From the NCBI RefSeq assembly GCF_009914755.1, contig NC_060927.1: 64,000 nucleotides of DNA, one strand, 5' to 3'. The notes under the pieces were generated by a model. That model was not told the DNA's origin. It saw nothing but the letters and a program-made list of their open reading frames with translations, and did no database searches. Source of the DNA: the human T2T-CHM13v2.0 reference genome, Homo sapiens. Shown here piece by piece: positions 1-25,713 of the stretch (within the stretch, counting starts at the first letter, position 1; every line of letters starts with the position of its first letter). The position numbers were made by a program, and so were the translations under genes.

Positions 1-125
1 TATTTTTAGTAGAGACGGGGTTTCACCGTGTTAGCCAGGATGATCTCAGTCTCCTGACCTCATGATCCGCCTGCCTCAGCCTCCTAAAGTGCTGGGATTA
101 CAGGCATGAGCCACCACACCCAGCC
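1..125 (-). mobile_element. Alu (partial at window edge)
   Basis: Reverse-complement Alu left arm. Confidence 0.85.
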
Positions 126-162
126 ATATAATTTTTATTTTTATTTTTTATTTATTATTATT

Positions 163-500
<338 letters not shown>

Positions 501-642
501 AGTTTTTATTTTTAAAAGCATGCTGGCAAGAGGAAATGGAGATTTGTTTTCTGTTGTTGCTCGCTTGTTTTCCTTATTTGATATAAGAAATTGTATGGCT
601 ATGGTCATGAGCAAGCCATTTAACCTCTGGGCTTCAGTTTCC

Positions 643-661
643 TTTGTTTTGTTTTGTTTTG

Positions 662-692
<31 letters not shown>

Positions 693-975
693 TGAGACGA
701 CATCTGGCCCAGACTGGAGTGCAGAGTGCAGTGGCACAATCTCAGCTCACTGAAACCTCCACCTCTTGGGCTCAACCCATCCTCCCACCTCAGTGTCCCA
801 AATAGCTAGGACTACAGGCACGTGCCACCACACCTACCTAATTTTTGTAATTTTTGTAGAGACGAGGTTTTGTCATGTTGCCCAGGCTGATCTCGAACTC
901 CTGAGCTTAAGCAATCTGCCCACGTCAGCCTTCCAAAGTTCTGGGACTACAGGTGTGAGCCACCACTCCCTGCTT
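643..975 (-). mobile_element. AluJ-like element with a (GTTTT)n tail microsatellite
   Basis: Diverged Alu; pentanucleotide repeat at about 645-690. Confidence 0.8.
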
Positions 976-1143
976 CCTTTTTTTCTTTTTGACAGGAAGG
1001 GAAACTTAATGGCTACCTCAAGGATTGTTTTGAGAGTTAATTTAAGTAACGTATAAGACATGTAAGAACTGTATAGCACTATGCCAAGTATTATAACAGA
1101 TGTAATTTAGTGTTAATTTTAAAACATGTATTTTACCTCCTAG

Positions 1144-1309
1144 GTCAATATAGTCTATATTTAAACAGTATTTCTAATCAGCCAAAGGATGAGAACATTA
1201 TGGGATTATTCAAAAAAACTGAAATGGTTTCATCTGTCCCAGCTGAAAATAAATCTGTCTTAAATGAACATCAGGAGACATCTAAACAGTGTGAGCAAAA
1301 AATTGCCAT
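1144..1309 (+). CDS. CCDC66: CCDC66 coding exon (probably exon 5), 166 bp, GQYSLYLNSISNQPKDEN...CEQKIA
   Basis: cctcctag|GTCAA acceptor and GCCAT|gtatgt donor; peptide recognised as CCDC66; phase joins the next exon as ATA (I). Confidence 0.92.
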
Positions 1310-1499
1310 GTATGTAACTCCTATCTGTTGTTATTGTGTGGTCATCTTCAGAATATGGTTTTGCTTTTCCTTTACTTGCATGTGAAATAGTTACTCTGAA
1401 TACTTAGAGCTATTTAAAAGCTTATTACTTAATATTTATGGAGTCAGTTGTGTAGAAATGTATGATACAGTTTCTGTTATCTTTTGTGTTTTACCTTAG

Positions 1500-1603
1500 A
1501 GAGAATGAATGGAAACCAGCTGATATATTCAGTACTCTGGGGGAAAGGGAATGTGATAGAAGTTCGTTGGAAGCAAAAAAAGCCCAGTGGAGGAAAGAGC
1601 TAG
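1500..1603 (+). CDS. CCDC66: CCDC66 coding exon (probably exon 6), 104 bp, IENEWKPADIFSTLGERECDRSSLEAKKAQWRKEL
   Basis: taccttag|AGAG acceptor and CTAG|gtaggt donor; frame continuous with flanking exons. Confidence 0.92.
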
Positions 1604-1660
1604 GTAGGTAACTTTTATACCTTTATTATAGTTTTATTGGCTTAAAGAATATGTATTGAA

Positions 1661-2836
<1,176 letters not shown>

Positions 2837-2840
2837 AAAG

Positions 2841-2955
2841 TATAGTTATCCCTCAGTATCCATGAGAGACTGGTTCAAGGATAGTCTTCCCACTTCAGGG
2901 TGCCAAAATGCACAGATGCTCATGTGGAACCCATGGATATGGAGGGCCTACTGTA
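2841..2955. mobile_element. MER2-like (TcMar-Tigger) internally deleted DNA transposon
   Basis: Terminal inverted repeats tagttatccctcagtatcc ... ggatatggagggcctactgta with TA flanks. Confidence 0.6.
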
Positions 2956-3783
2956 TATCTTTTAGTATGATATTATCAAAAGTCGTATTTTATAATATTT
3001 GACATCTAGAGTAGTTCTCTACAAATGCTTAAGAAACTTAGTGGTTTCATAATGCCTTAGGTCGTGTCTTTTTGTTACTCTGAAGTGTGCACCAAAAACA
3101 TTAATGTCATCAGTACATTCTGCAGCCCTTGTAAGGTCAAAGATTTGTAAACTTTTCCCATTTCCTGGAAATCCTTTTTTATAATTTTTGATAGCAGACA
3201 TCCTATGCGTTTAAGGATGGTTTTACTAAAAACTAATTGATTTCACTTTTTTAAATAACCAAAACATTCTAATGAAGAAGAATCATTGTTGTATCAGACA
3301 GTATGTATTCTAGACAGAAATAAGCTTATTGCTTTCTTTCAGCTTTGGACCTTATAACAGAAAAATCTATAATTTCTGTTAGAGTCTTGAAATTTCGTTA
3401 GTGACTTAGAAATATCCATTACTTCTTCGACTAAACTTGGAGTCTGCGTATCACAATCTGCAAAACATGTGACGTAACAGTTGTATTTCTTAGGAATAGC
3501 TATGCTAAAGGCATGAGATGGGCTTCACCCTAGTTGAAAAACAAGAAAGTCTTGTGAGGCCATCACTAACTTGGCTGGGATAGATGATTTAGAAAAAGAG
3601 ATAAGCAAGACCAGCTGAGTGGCTCACATGTAATCCCAGCACTTTGGAAGGCCAAGATGGGAGGATTGCTTGAGGCCAGGGGTTCAACATCAGCCTGCTG
3701 GAGCAACAGAGTGAGACCCTATCTCTACAAAAAAACAGAGAGAAGCAGCAGAAATAAGGAGTGAATTGATGCTGGAAGTCAAG

Positions 3784-4182
3784 TGTGTTAGTCTGTTTTG
3801 TGTTGCTATAAAGGAATACCTGAGACTGAATAATTGATAAAAGAGGTTTATTTGGCCCACAGTTTTGCAGACTGTACAAGCATGGTACCAGCATCTCCTC
3901 GGCTTCTGGTGAGGCCTCAGGAAGCTTTTACTCACGGTGGAAGGCAAAGGGGGAGCAGGCATTTTACATGGCAAGAGAGATGCCAGGCTCTTTTACACAA
4001 CCAGCTCTCATGTGAACTGACAGAGGGAGAACTCAAGCATCATCCCAAGGGGATGGCACCAAGCCATTCATGAGGGATTCATCTCCTGTGACCCAAACAC
4101 CTCCCCTTAGGCCCCACCTCCAACACTGGGGAATCACATTTCAACATGAGATTTGAAGGGGACAAATATCCAAACTGTATCA
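3784..4182 (+). mobile_element. MaLR LTR (MST-like); an Alu monomer lies just upstream at about 3610-3735
   Basis: tgtgttagtctgttttgtgttgctataaagg start and ggggacaaatatccaaactgtatca end. Confidence 0.8.
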
Positions 4183-4380
4183 TCAAGGTAAAAGAAAAAT
4201 GAAGAGATTAAACTTATGTTAGCAGTATCAGAAGGTTTGGCGGTCTTGATGTGTGTTTATATCACAATTTCATCTTTAAATATTTTCTTTCAGCACATTC
4301 CACATCAAAATGCAATACCAAATGTCTGAAATAATATGGAACTACTTGGAAATGACCAGAATATTTTGTGCTTTAATCAT

Positions 4381-6313
<1,933 letters not shown>

Positions 6314-7602
6314 CTCATATGGTATTTTAAAACAGTGTTATTTTTAATTTAATTATGACCTTAACTGGTCTCTATTTACATTCTGTGAGTTGTCTCGTTA
6401 TGTCGTTAGGTGAATGTAGAGGCTCCCTTTAGAGTCTTATAAAGGAGCTGTGCAATTTTTGAAATGAATACAAAACTCTGCCACTATGTGTAAGTGTTTA
6501 GTTATCAAATATACACATATGCCAAGTGTGTCTTGTGTAGTGCTTTTGTGATTTTTAAATTTTATCTGTGGTTAATTTTGGGTAAAGAAACAGTGTCACT
6601 GTTTTTCTATTTATTTTTACACTTCTGCTAGCTCTTCAAGCATTCTATCACAGTCTCGTAGCCAGGTTATGGTGGTCCAAGCTGATGGGGCATTCACAAC
6701 TTAGAGCTAGTCAGACTTTAGAGGTAAGTCCTAAGTGTCAGTACTTTGGATATTTAAACCTTTTAGTATTTGACCTCTAACCTATTTTCCTTGAAGGAGA
6801 GAATCTAAGTCCTCCTTATTTTTAGTTATCAGTTAATTTTTACTTGAGTGTATTATGCTTCATTTGCCTTCATTTCTTTTTTACATTTACTATCCCTTCC
6901 TCCTTGTGAACATTTACATTTTAGCAAATGTATTCTGAAAATAATGTAGTAACCTGAAGGGATGATTCTCCTAAAGAGATGATTCTGGTGGTAGAAATTT
7001 TTGGCACTATGGCCTAATTAGGTAAATTTCTTATAGAAACCCTTCAAGTTAAATTTTGTGCATGGCTGTCTGTTCTGCTTCATGTAGAGCTGACTTGCCT
7101 ACATTGAATACTTTTGTTGTCTGTTGATAATTTTACATTAACAAAAGGAATGAAATCTGAATTGCATTTGCCCACAATCCCAAAAGCACATTGACTGAAA
7201 AGGCAATAAGGTTGTCTTGGTAGAACTCATTTTGGAAAATTCTGTAGCTCTGGGTGATAATTTTAAGTGTGTAAAGTTTAGAAGTTGTATGCAGACACCG
7301 TTAAAAGTTGTAGCTAAAACTAAGTTTTCATGAAGTTGGTGAGGATCCGTTGTTGGCTTATTTACTTTTCAACATCAGGATAAAAAATCTGTAATACTAA
7401 AAATGTTAAATAATTTCAGTTGCCAAATTTTCAGTTGAAATGTCAATATATAATTTATTTCTTAATTTGCATGGCTTTTTAGGTCATTTATTATCTGGGG
7501 ATAATCCATACCATGATTGTTAATGCAAGTAAAGAACCATTTGAGGTGACATTTAGGTTTTAAAATATTTTGTATATATTTTTTAATGATAGTATTTGTC
7601 AG

Positions 7603-8208
7603 TTGATGAAATGACGAGGCTCATGAATTTGGAAAGGAGAACTTTATTTCTCATCAGCAGTTGCAACCTGCAGCATGGCCATTCTGACAGGCTGGGAAGC
7701 ATAGCCTTCGGCCAACCAGGAGCCAGAAACTTCAAGGTGTTGGGGAAGGGAACAGGAATTTATGCTGAGTGAAGTGGCTGAATATACGTATTTAATAAGC
7801 ATAGAAGGAGTCATGAATATTTATGAAAGGAGAAACATCCATGCACAATTGAGTTTTATGCCCCTTCATGGGTCCCATGTACAAAAAATGTCAGCGTTAG
7901 CATGATCCAAGGGTAGAGTTTTCAGCCCTCTGACATCAAAAAGTAAAGCAGAGGACACAAAAACCTTTTGGACAGAAGCATCAGGTGGTTGGTTGGTATC
8001 AGTGCTGACATCTTCTGAAGGGCTGGTTTCTGTTTAGCCCTTAGGCTAAATAGTGGTTAGCCAGGGAGGGAGGAGGTATAATGTGGTGTGTCTGATTTCC
8101 CCATCCACTCATGGCCAAGAACTCAGTTTTCAAGGCACTTTGGGGTCCTTGGCCAAGAGATGATCCATTCAGTTGGTTGGGGGACTTAGAATTTTACTTT
8201 TATTCCTC
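7603..8208 (-). mobile_element. ERV1-class solo LTR
   Basis: TG...CA bounded; minus-strand start tgaggaataaaagtaaaattctaagtcccccaacc resembles MER4-group LTRs. Confidence 0.55.
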
Positions 8209-8400
8209 ATGTGTATCTTTTTTTAAATAACTAAAAAAAAACAAAGTTATTTAAAAAATTTTTGGAATCAAAAGTTGTGGGGGTTGATGATGGGAGAAGG
8301 ACTAGAAAACGAAACACATGCTATATCCAGGACTGGACAACCAAGAGTTAAAAGAGTATGATTATTGGCTCATTTTTTTTACTATTTAAATGCAGTTTTC

Positions 8401-8792
<392 letters not shown>

Positions 8793-9124
8793 TCAAATAC
8801 CTTAGAGCAGTTGTTTTCAGAAATCCCAGCTGTAGCCACAACTATTTATACTATTTGAATATCTAGTTAGTCTCTCCATATAATTGGGAGGGAAAGAAGT
8901 TTGGTTGTAGGCAGTCACCAAAGCCTTGAGTGTTAAAACATGAGGTAATGCATATGAAGTGCTTAGAATAGTGACTGACAATAGAACAAATGCTAACAAA
9001 GTTTTGTTCTACTTATAATTTAAAGAGTTGGGGTCTCACTTTGTTACCCAGGCTGAACAGGCACAGTCATGTTGCACTCCAGCCTTGAACTCCTGGGTTC
9101 AAGTGATTCTCCTGTCTCAGCCTC

Positions 9125-10721
9125 TAACTGGCTTATTTCACTTAGCATAATGTCCTCAAGGTTTACCCATACTGTAGCATGTGTCAGAATTTCATTTCTT
9201 TTTAATGCTAAATAACATCCTATTGTATGTATATACCATGTTTTCTTTATCCATTAATCCATGGATAGAAATTTGGATTGTTTCTACCTTTTGGCTATTG
9301 GGAATAATGCTGCTATGAACATTGGTGTATAAATAATCTTTTTGAGTTCCTGCTTCAATTCTTTTGGGTGTGTACTCAGAATTGGAATTGCAGGATTGTG
9401 TGGTAATTTTTTGTTTAATTTTTATGTTAAATTTTTACCAATTTTAATTTTGTAATTTTGTGTTAAACTATTTTGTGTTAAATTTTGTGTTAAACTGCTT
9501 TCCACAGCAGCTGTACCATGTATATTTCCATCAGCAGTGCACTGTGTTCCAATTTCTTCACATCCTCACCAACACTTACTTTCTGATTTATTGACAGTAT
9601 CCATCCCAATGGTTGTGAAATGGTATCATTGTGGTTTTCATTTGCACTTCCCAATGATTAGTGATGTGGAACATTTTCCCACAGGCTTATTGACTATTTG
9701 CATGTATTTGAAGAAATGTCTATTGAGATCCTTTGCCCATTTCAGTCAGGTTTTTTGGGGTTTTTTTTGTTGTTGAGTTGTAGGAGTTATATATTTTGTA
9801 TGATAATCCCTTGTCAGATACATGATTCACAACTGTTTTCTCCCATTCTGTGAGCTACTTTTTCACTCTCTTGATAATAGTGTCCTTTGATGCACAAAAG
9901 TCTTTAATTTTGATGAAGTCTGTTTTATCTCTTTTCTTTTGTTGCCTGTGTTTTTAATGTCCTATCAAAGAAATCATTGCCAAGTCTGATCATCGGACTG
10001 TATTTTCTTCTAAGAGTTTTCTAGTTCTAGCTCTTATGTTTAGGTCTTTGATCTATTTTGAATTAAGTTTTCTATATGGTATAAGGTCAGGGCCCTACTT
10101 TATTCTTTTGCATGTGGACATCTAGTTTTTCCTAGCACCATTGTTGAAGAATGTCCTTTCCCCATTGAATGGTGTTGGCTCCCTTGTCCATAACTATTTC
10201 ACTGTGTATGTGAGGATTTATTTCTGGTCTCCTCTATTCCATTAGTCTGTCTGTATGCTACTGCCTCACCATCAGGAACTATGACCCTTCCAACTTTCTT
10301 CTTTTTTAAGATTGTTTTGTCTATTCGTGGTCCCTTGAGATTCCATATGAATTTTAGGATGGATTTTTCTATTTCTGCAAAAAAAAAAGATTATTGATAT
10401 TTTCATAGGGATTGCATTGAAACTGTAGATTGCTTTGGGTAATATTAATATCTCAATAATATTAAGTCTTCCAATTAATGAATGCAGGATATCTTTCCAT
10501 TTATTTGTGTCTTTAATTTTTTTTCAGCAATGTTTTGTAGTTTTCAGTGTACAAGTCTTACTCCTCCTTGGTTAAGTTTTTCTTTTTAATTTTTTAAATT
10601 TTTTTTGTTTTTTTATATATTTTTCTTTTTATTGTTTTGGTTAAGTTTATTCCTAAGTATTTTTTCTTTTTGATGCCATTGTACATGGGATTTTTAAAAA
10701 AAATTTTATGCCATTGTACAT
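9125..10721 (-). mobile_element. Old L1M 3' region (host of the L1PA insertion; continues at about 16863-17000)
   Basis: Diverged L1 ORF2/3'UTR motifs (tggcttatttcacttagcataatgtcc, ggtatcattgtggttttcatttgc). Confidence 0.75.
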
Positions 10722-10725
10722 GGAA

Positions 10726-16851
<6,126 letters not shown>

Positions 16852-17164
16852 GGAATTTTTTTAAATACCCTTTAAGAATTGTTCTTTATTGGTATATAGA
16901 TTAGTATATAGAAACACAACTTATTTTTGTGTGTTGGTTTTATCTCCTGCAACTTTGCTGAATTTATTCTAAAAGTGTTTTTTAGAATCTTAGTGATGGT
17001 CATTGTCCAGTGCAAGAGTTTGATGTGGATCCTTCTGGTACTATTTTGCTTTCTTGATGAGTAGATACATAAACTTCGATCTACATTAATGCTCAAGATA
17101 TTCATATATGCATAATCATAATTGAATTCTACATATCTTTCCCTTTTTTGACTTCTCAACTTTG

Positions 17165-17219
<55 letters not shown>

Positions 17220-17490
17220 GATAGGGTCTCATAACCTGTCACCCAGGCTAGAATGCACTGGCACAATCACGGCTAACTGCAGCCTTGACCTTCCTGGGCT
17301 CAAGCAATCCTCCCATCTCAGCCTTACAAGTAGCTGGGACTACAGGTACCTGCCACCATGACTGGCTAATTTTTCGTATTCTGTAGAGACAGGGTTGCTC
17401 AGGCTGGTCTCAAACTCCTGGGTTCAAGCAGTGCAACTGCCTTTGCCTCCCAAAGGGCTGGGATTACAGGCTTGAGCTGCTGTGCCTGGC
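17165..17490 (-). mobile_element. AluJ-like element with an (ATT)n microsatellite tail (about 17168-17219)
   Basis: Pure trinucleotide run followed by a diverged Alu. Confidence 0.82.
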
Positions 17491-17620
17491 CAACTTTCTG
17501 ACTTTTAAAAATATTATATGTATTTGTGAAATGCAAAAAAAACATAAAGGATAGTACAGAAGACATTTCTATCATGTCATACATATTTAGGAAGAGCCCC
17601 TCGTATGGCATAGTTAAGAG

Positions 17621-19476
17621 GTTTTTGTTTGTTTGTTTGTTTTATTGATCATTCTTGGGTGTTTCTCCCAGAGGGGGATTTGGCAGGGTCATAGGACAAT
17701 AGTGGAGGGAAGGTCAGCAGATAAACAAGTGAACAAAGGTCTCTGGTTCTCCTAGGCAGAGGACCCTGCGGCCTTCCGCAGTGTTTGTGTCCCTGGGTAC
17801 TTGAGATTAGGGAGTGGTGATGACTCTTAGGGAGCATGCTGCCTTCAAGCATCTGTTTAACAAAGCACGTCTTGCACCGCCCTTAATCCATTTAACCCTG
17901 AGTGGACACAGCACATGTTTCAGAGAGCACAGGGTTGGGGGCAAGGTCATAGATCAACAGCATCCCAAGGCAGAAGAATCTTTCTTAGTACAGAACAAAA
18001 TGGAGTCTCCTATGTCTACTTCTTTCTACACAGACACAGCAACAATCTGATATCTCTATCTTTTCCCCACATTTCCCCCTTTTCTATTCCACAAAACCGC
18101 CATCGTCATCATGGCCCGTTCTCAATGAGCTGTTGGGTACACCTCCCAGACGGGGTGGCGGCCAGGAAGAGGGGCTCCTCACTTCCCAGAAGGGGCGGCC
18201 GGGCAGAGGCGCCCCCCACCTCCCGGATGGGGCGGCTGGCCGGGCGGGGGCTGCCCCCCACCTCCCTCCCGGACGGGGCGGCTGGCCGGGCGGGGGGCTG
18301 CCCCCCACCTCCCTCCCGGACGGGGCGGCTGGCCGGGCGGGGCTGCCCCCCACCTCCCTCCCGGACGGGGCGGCTGGCCGGGCGGGGGCTGCCCCCCACC
18401 TCCCTCCCGGACGGGGCGGCTGGCCGGGCGGGGGCGGCCCCCCACCTCCCGGGCGGGGCGGCTGCCGGGCGGAGACGCTCCTCACTTCCCAGACGGGGTG
18501 GCTGCCGGGCGGAGGGGCTCCTCACTTCTCAGACGGGGCGGCTGCCGGGCGGAGGGGCTCCTCACTTCTCAGACAGCACGGCTGCCGGGCGGAGGGGCTC
18601 CTCACTTCTCAGACGGGGTGGCTGCCGGGCGGAGGGGTTCTTCACTTCTCAGACGGGGCGGCTGCCAGGTAGAGGGGCTCCTCACTTCTCAGACGGGGCG
18701 GCTGCCGGGTGGAGGGGCTCCTCACTTCTCAGACGGGGCGGCCAGGCGGAGACGCTCCTCACCTCCCAGATGGGGTCGCGGCCAGGCAGAGGTGCTCCTC
18801 ACATCCCAGACGGGGCGGCAGGGCAGAGGCGCTCCCCACATCTCAGATGATGGGCAGCCGGGAAGAGACGCTCCTCACTTCCCAGATGGGATGGCGGCCG
18901 GGAAGAGGCGCTCCTGACTTCCCAGACTGGGCGGCCGGGCAGAGGGGCTCCTCACATCCCAGACGATGGGCAGCCAGGCAGAGACGCTCCTCACTTCCCA
19001 GGCAGGGTGGCGGCCGGGCAGAGGCTGCAATCTCGGCACTTTGGGAGGCCAAGGCAGGTGGCTGGGAAGTGGAGGTTGTAGCTAGCCGAGATCACTCCAC
19101 TGCACTCCAGCCTGGGCAACATTGAGCACTGAGTGAACGAGACTCCGTCTGCAATCCCAGCACCTCGGGAGGCCGAGGCTGGCAGATCACTCACGGTTAG
19201 GAGCTGCAGACCAGCCCGGCCAGCATAGCGAAACCCCGTCTCCACCAAAAAAATATGAAAACCAGTCAGGCGTGGCGGCACACGCCTGCAGTCGCAGGCA
19301 CTCGGCAGGCTGAGGCGGGAGAATCAGGCAGGGAGGTTGCAGTGAGCCGAGATGGCAGCAGTACAGTCCAGCTTCGGCTCGGCATCAGAGGGAGACAGTG
19401 GAAAGAGAGGGAGAGGGAGACCATGGGGAGGGGGAGGGGGAGAGGGAGAGGGAGGGAGAGGGAGAGGGAGAGGGAC
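17621..19476 (-). mobile_element. Full-length SVA retrotransposon (older SVA_B/C-like)
   Basis: (CCCTCT)n hexamer on minus at about 19425-19475; Alu-like domain about 19020-19420; GC-rich VNTR about 18150-19020; SINE-R about 17645-18140; A-rich tail; TSD TAGTTAAGAG at 17611-17620 and 19477-19486. Confidence 0.95.
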
Positions 19477-20565
19477 TAGTTAAGAGTTTTTTAAGAAAAT
19501 ATTCACTCAGTTTTTATCTACTCATATCTTAAGGAATTGAAGTGGTCCAGGAAATCTTTGTACAGGAATAGGCCCAACATAAGATGGGTGGAAGAAAACA
19601 ACAATACATACAATCATAGGAAAGAAAAAAGACTTGGTATAACATTAAATTTAAAATACAGTGAGGAAAAAGAAGAAATTGCTGTGGGAACACTCCCAGA
19701 ATATAGGAAGAAGTTTCAAAAGAGATGAAAAATCTGGCATCAAAGATATTATAAATAGCTTATAAAAATACAATCTTGAATCATAGGCTTTCCTAAAGAA
19801 GAAAACAGAAGTAATAATATATCAAGTTTCATAGAAAAAACTTTCTAGATCCAGAAGAAAATTAGGTTGAATGAAAAGAGGGCCAATTTGAAGGTATATC
19901 ATAATAAGTTTGCAAATATCAAGAATAAGGATATACTTCTTCAAGCATTTAAATATGAGAAAATGACAACAAAAATCAAAGTAACCTTAGTTTTCTTCTC
20001 TGTATATAGTATAGCAATATTTATAAGGGTTTAATAAATAGAGCTAAAATATTTAATGCCTAGACAAGATGTTCATTTATAAAGAGAACATAGACATACT
20101 CAGACCTGAATAATTACATAAAATATTTCTCCCAAATATTTCTTTTAATACAAAAGTTCTTAAAGATCATTTCTGGATCAGAAAAATGGGTCAAAATTAA
20201 AACAATTTACAAGAATTTTGTGGTTAGAAAGTAATGAGTAGCTGACACAAAAGTCTCTAAGACATTGTGAAATGAAAAGAGTAATGCATATACTATAACC
20301 ATATCTATATTTAAAGAAAGACTTTAAAAGACTAGCACATACATAAACACACAAACACACACAAAAAGCAGAATGGTGGTATTGTCTCACTCTGGTGAAG
20401 GACAGTGGAAGGAAACAAGGAGAACCTTCTAATTCTTTATGCATTTGTTTTGTTAGAATATTGTGCAAAGTGTTTAGCTGTTGTGTGATCTCTCCATAAA
20501 GGCAGAGTTTATTATGATTGTGAAAATCAGATAAAAGTTAAAGAATGTACAAAACTAAAGTAACC

Positions 20566-21365
<800 letters not shown>

Positions 21366-21616
21366 AGAGATAAGATGCCAATATATTATTACTATTTGTA
21401 TTGGTGGTTCTAGGCAATATAACAAGGAAAATAAATTTCAAGTCCTAAGAATTGGAGAGGAAAAAATGAAAGTGTAGTTATTCGTCATGTGTATAGAAAC
21501 CCCAAAGAATCTATAGATGAAATATTCAAAGTAAAAAGTGAGAATTAATAATTTATTAGGCTATAAAAGTCTCAACAAATTTCATAGGTTCACATTACAT
21601 AGAATGTTATAGTGGA

Positions 21617-23028
<1,412 letters not shown>

Positions 23029-23029
23029 A

Positions 23030-24230
23030 TGGAATTAAGCTAGATATCAGTAACAAATAGTAACTAGAAAATTCCCAAATGTTTGATAATTAGGCAGTAT
23101 ACTTCTGACTGAAAGAGAAATTCACATTAGAAAATATTTTTAACTGAGTGATAATGAAAATATTACATATCAAAATGTAGGTTTCCTGTGCTGAGAGGGA
23201 AATTTTTCACCTTAAATGCATCTCTTGAAAGACTGAAAATCAAGGAATAGTGACCTAAAGTATTCATCTCAAGAGGTTAGAGAAAGAACAGCAAAATTGA
23301 AGCCCAAGGTAGGTCAAAGTGGATATTAGTAAAACTGGAAATACCTACAATAAAATTAACAAAGCCAAAAGTTAATTGTTTGAAAAGTTATTTAAATTGA
23401 TAAGCCCCTCATAAAATCGAGATGAATTAAAAAGGAGATATTACCAGAGAATATGACATTAGAAAGAGAAGGGGATTTTCTGAATAACTTCACCAATAAG
23501 TTAGAGAATTTGGGCTTAAAAATGAGCAAATTATTAGAAAAACATAGATTACTAAAATTGACACAAGAAGCAGTAAATCAGAATGGTACTATCTTTATTA
23601 ATGAAATTGAGCTTATTACTAAAAACCCAACAAAATAAACTCCAGAACCAAATGTGTTTACTGGTGAATTCTTCCCAACAAAGGTAGAAGTGAAAACCTT
23701 TTAGGTTGTTTATAAGGGTAGTAAACCTGATACCCAAAACTAACATTTTTTAATACCAAAACCCAACAGGAAATATAAGAAAGAAAAATAAATACAAGAA
23801 AGAATAATAAATCATGATGAATTGGGTCTATTCAATGAATGAAAGCAAGCTAGGTTTAACATTCACAAATCAATGATAGTCATCATATTTATAAAAATAA
23901 TAGGTAAATTTAATAAAAGTGGCTAGACACAAGAATTAATGTACCAGTGTCATTAGCACAACATTGAAAGGATGATCTGTTAAAAAGTAATTGATGAATG
24001 ACCTAATCACAAGTTCTGTTCTTGGAAGGTTAAAGTTAATATTATAAAATAGAGGGAGAAAATGTTTGCAGATTAATCCTTGATAAAAGGACTTACATCC
24101 AGCATATATTTTTAAAAACTAAACATTCACTAATTAGACAACCCAATTTTTTTAATTGGCAGAATTTTAATAGACATGGCTCCAAAGAGGATATATGGCA
24201 AATAAATACATGAGAAACGGATTTTTAGCC
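23030..24230 (+). mobile_element. Degraded old L1M ORF2 fragments
   Basis: ORF2-like peptide relics (NKLENL...KLLEKHRLLKLTQE). Confidence 0.55.
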
Positions 24231-24812
24231 ATTTGTTAAACCTCTATGGGCCCTCTGGTTCCAGAGGGAATTTAATTAATTTTTAAGTTCAAAGTAATTT
24301 TGTTTTTTAAAAAGTGATTTCAGCTCTGTGTTTTGCTGCTGTTCCTCCTGTAAGGTAATGAATGGTCTTTGTAATCCAGTGTCCCGACATCCCTACCACC
24401 CACATGAATACCTTTTCTGCGTGGCCAGTAGACAAGGTCGGCAGGTGGATGTTGTCATCTTAACTGGGGAATCATGAACTGGCAAGAAGGGCTGTTCTGG
24501 CCCATGGCAAAGTCAACACTGAGTGTTCTTTCCCAAAGCTGCATTTTTATAAGACTGCTTTAAGGGGAGAATTACATGAAATGGAAACAGGCATCTGTAG
24601 TGGACCATTTGAAAAGCCCTTTATTTTCAGTTGTGACTTAACCAGCTGCCATTTGTACAGCATTTGAATCAGGAGTGAGACTAAGATTTCCTAACAGAAT
24701 AATTTGAAGACTGAAAGAATTACATTAGGACTCTGTAACATCAGGAACTATTTTAGGGGAAGGTTGTAGTGGGTTTCCTATGAGTTTTCACACAAGGCTG
24801 TCATGTGAGAAT

Positions 24813-25145
<333 letters not shown>

Positions 25146-25713
25146 TCAGGTCAATAATAGGGAGATAGAGTGAAAAAGTCAGTTAGCCTGGGAAAAGAGG
25201 CTTCTTTCTTTAACTGTATGGAGGATTTAGTGAGAGGGAATGCTAGAAGAAGGTCAAAACAATTGTTACAGTGTGTCTTGTGTTATACACAAATATGCCT
25301 TACTCACCTTCAACTAAATGCATGCAGTAAACCAAAAGGAATGCAGTTCTACCTACTACCTCTCCCCATCTCCCACCCCCATGTTTTTCATTCTTCTAAC
25401 TGAATGCACATTGGGAGAGACTTGTGAAAAAGAATGTAAGAATAATGTAAAGCCTTTCCCAGTCAACGACAGAAATGAAATGCAGTTAAGTGGTAGTAGC
25501 TTTGTAAGACATCCTTGAGTAAGAAATTAAAGACTCAACTGAGAGATCTAATTGTTCAGTTATCTTAGGGTTATGAATATAGATAAAACATTTTGAGTGT
25601 TTAAGGAATTTTTAAGGGTAATTTTAACTTTTGTCTAATCCCTGAATAATTTGCAATGCCACTACACTAAAATATGGAATCAGATCTGGTTACATCAAAC
25701 TTAAACAAATATA

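Noticed and set aside
9420-9497. Short TTTTGTGTTAAA repeats
   Set aside because: Low-complexity slippage inside an old L1; not a CRISPR-like or functional array
17915-19125. 311-aa and other long G/R/P-rich ORFs
   Set aside because: By-product of the stop-poor GC-rich SVA VNTR on both strands
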